Assembly (NCBI GenBank): GCA_976226885.1
Contig: OZ320323.1
Span: forward strand, 40,238,001 to 40,302,000
Direction of reading: 5' to 3'
DNA: 64,000 bases
Source of the DNA: Iphione sp. A-MEVVRFRX5
Taxonomy: Eukaryota
The translations under genes were made by a program, and so were the position numbers. This document shows positions 56,401 to 59,328 of the stretch, one piece after another (within the stretch, counting starts at the first letter, position 1; each line of letters starts with the position of its first letter). Below the pieces are notes generated by a model, which saw only the letters and a program-made list of their open reading frames with translations, was not told the DNA's origin and searched no databases.

Positions 56401-58793
56401 GGGGGTGCACTCTAAGAACGCTACTGGCTAACCATCCGATCCTTCATCAGGACCTCGTGGTTCTTATAATTCTCAAACTATAAGGATAAAAGAATTGATC
56501 TTTTAGTTTGGTACTTTACTGTATGGGCGTTTACCCGTGGTATATTTTGGTATCTTTTAAAGCATTTTAAATGCAAAAGAGGGAGGGAGTTTTAGGTAAC
56601 AAGGGAGAGGATGGATTTACAGTCATTGTCTGCTCACCAAACCAGGAACATTTAGTTTCACCTGATTGCACAGCTGGCCGAAATATGATACGTTATCCAA
56701 CAAGGTCGATGTGCCCAGCAAGTTCCAACACCATTCTCTGAATTAGATCTTTCAAGAACTTTTCAAAACATTATTAAAACACTGTAAAAATGTTATTTCA
56801 TAACATTTCTTCATAAAACATCGTCAAAACGTTATGTGTTTGCTGGGAACGCAACAGATATAACATCCTAAACTGCCTCAAGATACAAAGAGTTGGTTTG
56901 TTAGATCAACTTTATTTCAATGGAACAATATTTTTTATCATCGTCTTTATATCTACCCATGGATCTTCTTTTTTATTCACAGAGGTTGAACGACAGCTCG
57001 TTCACTCTATGCAGCAGAGAGAGCAGCGGGCAGCTGTGTCGTACGAGCTGGAGAAGGAGAAGCACATCCTTCGTCTGATGCAAGGTGACACATCTTATCT
57101 TCAATAATGTGCGATAAACAGAATCTGTAACTCACAAGAGCCTCCTCCAGATTCAGTATTTGCTCTGTACAGTAGTAACTCATCCTGTGAGCAACTCATG
57201 TAGGAGGGCAATTAACAGCAAGTTATACTGGTCCCACCACTTTATAATGCATGAAAAATGGAGCCCTCTAATTAGGGCTACCCCTGTATTAAGGGCAGAA
57301 TTGTCCGCCCCGCCCCCCGTGGTCGCATTAGAGCGTTTCTGCTGTACGCTACCGTGAGGTGGTTACTGTCCATTTCACGAGAAAAGTATGCTCTATTTTG
57401 CTGATATTTAGCTTGCTTTCCGAAGTCTTCCTGACACATAGCATCCACACCTGTTTGGTGGTGTTGTTGCTTACAATTATTGATATATGAGTTAGGTGTG
57501 CACATGGTCTCTCTTGTACCATAAACAAGACTGCTTTGATAAATAAAATTCATAATGTATTCAATATCAAATAGCAGTGGATACCTCTAAGAGCAGTGCC
57601 TGTCAAATGCGACTGTGAGAGCACAGCAACAGAGACCAATGTAGAATAGTAACGCCTTTGTGTTTCCATGGCAACAGGACGCCGTCTGGATGAGATGGCC
57701 TCTGGTCAGTACAAGGCCACCATGAACCCGACCCACCCCGTCCTCATTGAGGGTCACTGGCAGGAGCCGACCGCAGACGAACAGCAGAAACATGACACTG
57801 TCCACCAACTACAGGTAAATAGGACACTTGTAGCAACAGCAACACCGGTAAGAAGGAAGTACAGGTACCTAGGGCAAGTGTTACAAGGGCTAAAAGAAGG
57901 TCTAAAGCATGACACTGTCCACCAACTTACAGGTAGCTAAGTCACTTGTAATAACAGCACTGGTAAGAAGGAAGTACATGTACAGGCACCTGGGGCAAAT
58001 GTGACAAGGGCACTGGTTAACAGAAGGCTTAAAGTATAATACTGTCCATCCACTTCAGGGAACTAGGTCATGTTAATGTATGACAGTGACATTGATAAAG
58101 TCCCGATCAATCCTGCTCATCCAGTTCATAAGAAACAGATTCCCCGACTGTCTCCACATACCGTACTCGGCAGACCCGAATTTTTAACAATTCTTACCAT
58201 TTATGACTCTCCATGATGTTCTCTATCAGTCTTCAATGTGGTCATTATTTCATATCCTCGTACAAACATGTAATAGATTATGTCTGCCAATGATCCTGGG
58301 CAGTCCGCTAATCACGACAGCTCCCCCCCCCCCCCATGACAGCTTTCCCCGCCTACACACATATACCCAGCAGGAAAGATTAAGCCAAGTCTTATGCTTA
58401 ACTATTTCACCTGTTCAGGATAGGAGTCTTGGGGGGGTAATTTTGATCTGTTCCTGCACTCTCCAGTTAAGGTTACCTGGAACAATGCTCGCATGATCAT
58501 ATCTTACTGTTTGCTTTTTCGTTCCATAGACTCACCTCTCTGACATGAGGTCCTCGCAGAAGCCCAAAACGAAAACATGTAATGTGAACACCACCAGCCG
58601 CCTCTACACACAACCCGCCATGGTATGTCAGTGGGTGCTCTTTTCACATTTCAAATCGATTTGGAAGTAGGCAATTGACTGCTTCTAAATTGTCTTAGTT
58701 TTGTAGGTTGCCTCTTGTTTCATCCCATGTATATAAGATGGATAGCTCTCGAACAGTGTATGTGTCACTGTATTATCATTATTATTATTATTA

Positions 58794-58858
<65 letters not shown>

Positions 58859-59241
58859 GGTTTACAGAAGCGTGTGCTCGTATTCCCCAATGGAGAGAGC
58901 ATTGCTCGAGCAGTCTACATCTGGGGGGAGACGGTGGCACAGCTGCTCGATAACTGCACTGTACGCCTCAACCTACGCAAGGCGGGCCGTTACCTCTTCA
59001 ACATGGCAGGCAATGTCGTAAGTTGACACATTCCATAAAAAACAATGGATACTCTTCAAGAAACAGAATTGTTTTTCTCATTCTCTGTCAATCGCACAAT
59101 GGCTGCCTCTTTTCTTCCTAACTTTATTTAGTCTCTTCATTCACTGTCTCTCTCTTTTCTCTTTCTGCCCTTCAAATTGTTTTTGGTCTGTCATGTGTCG
59201 TATGCCTTGTTTTTTCTCTTTTCGCATCCATGTATTCCTTA

Positions 59242-59328
<87 letters not shown>

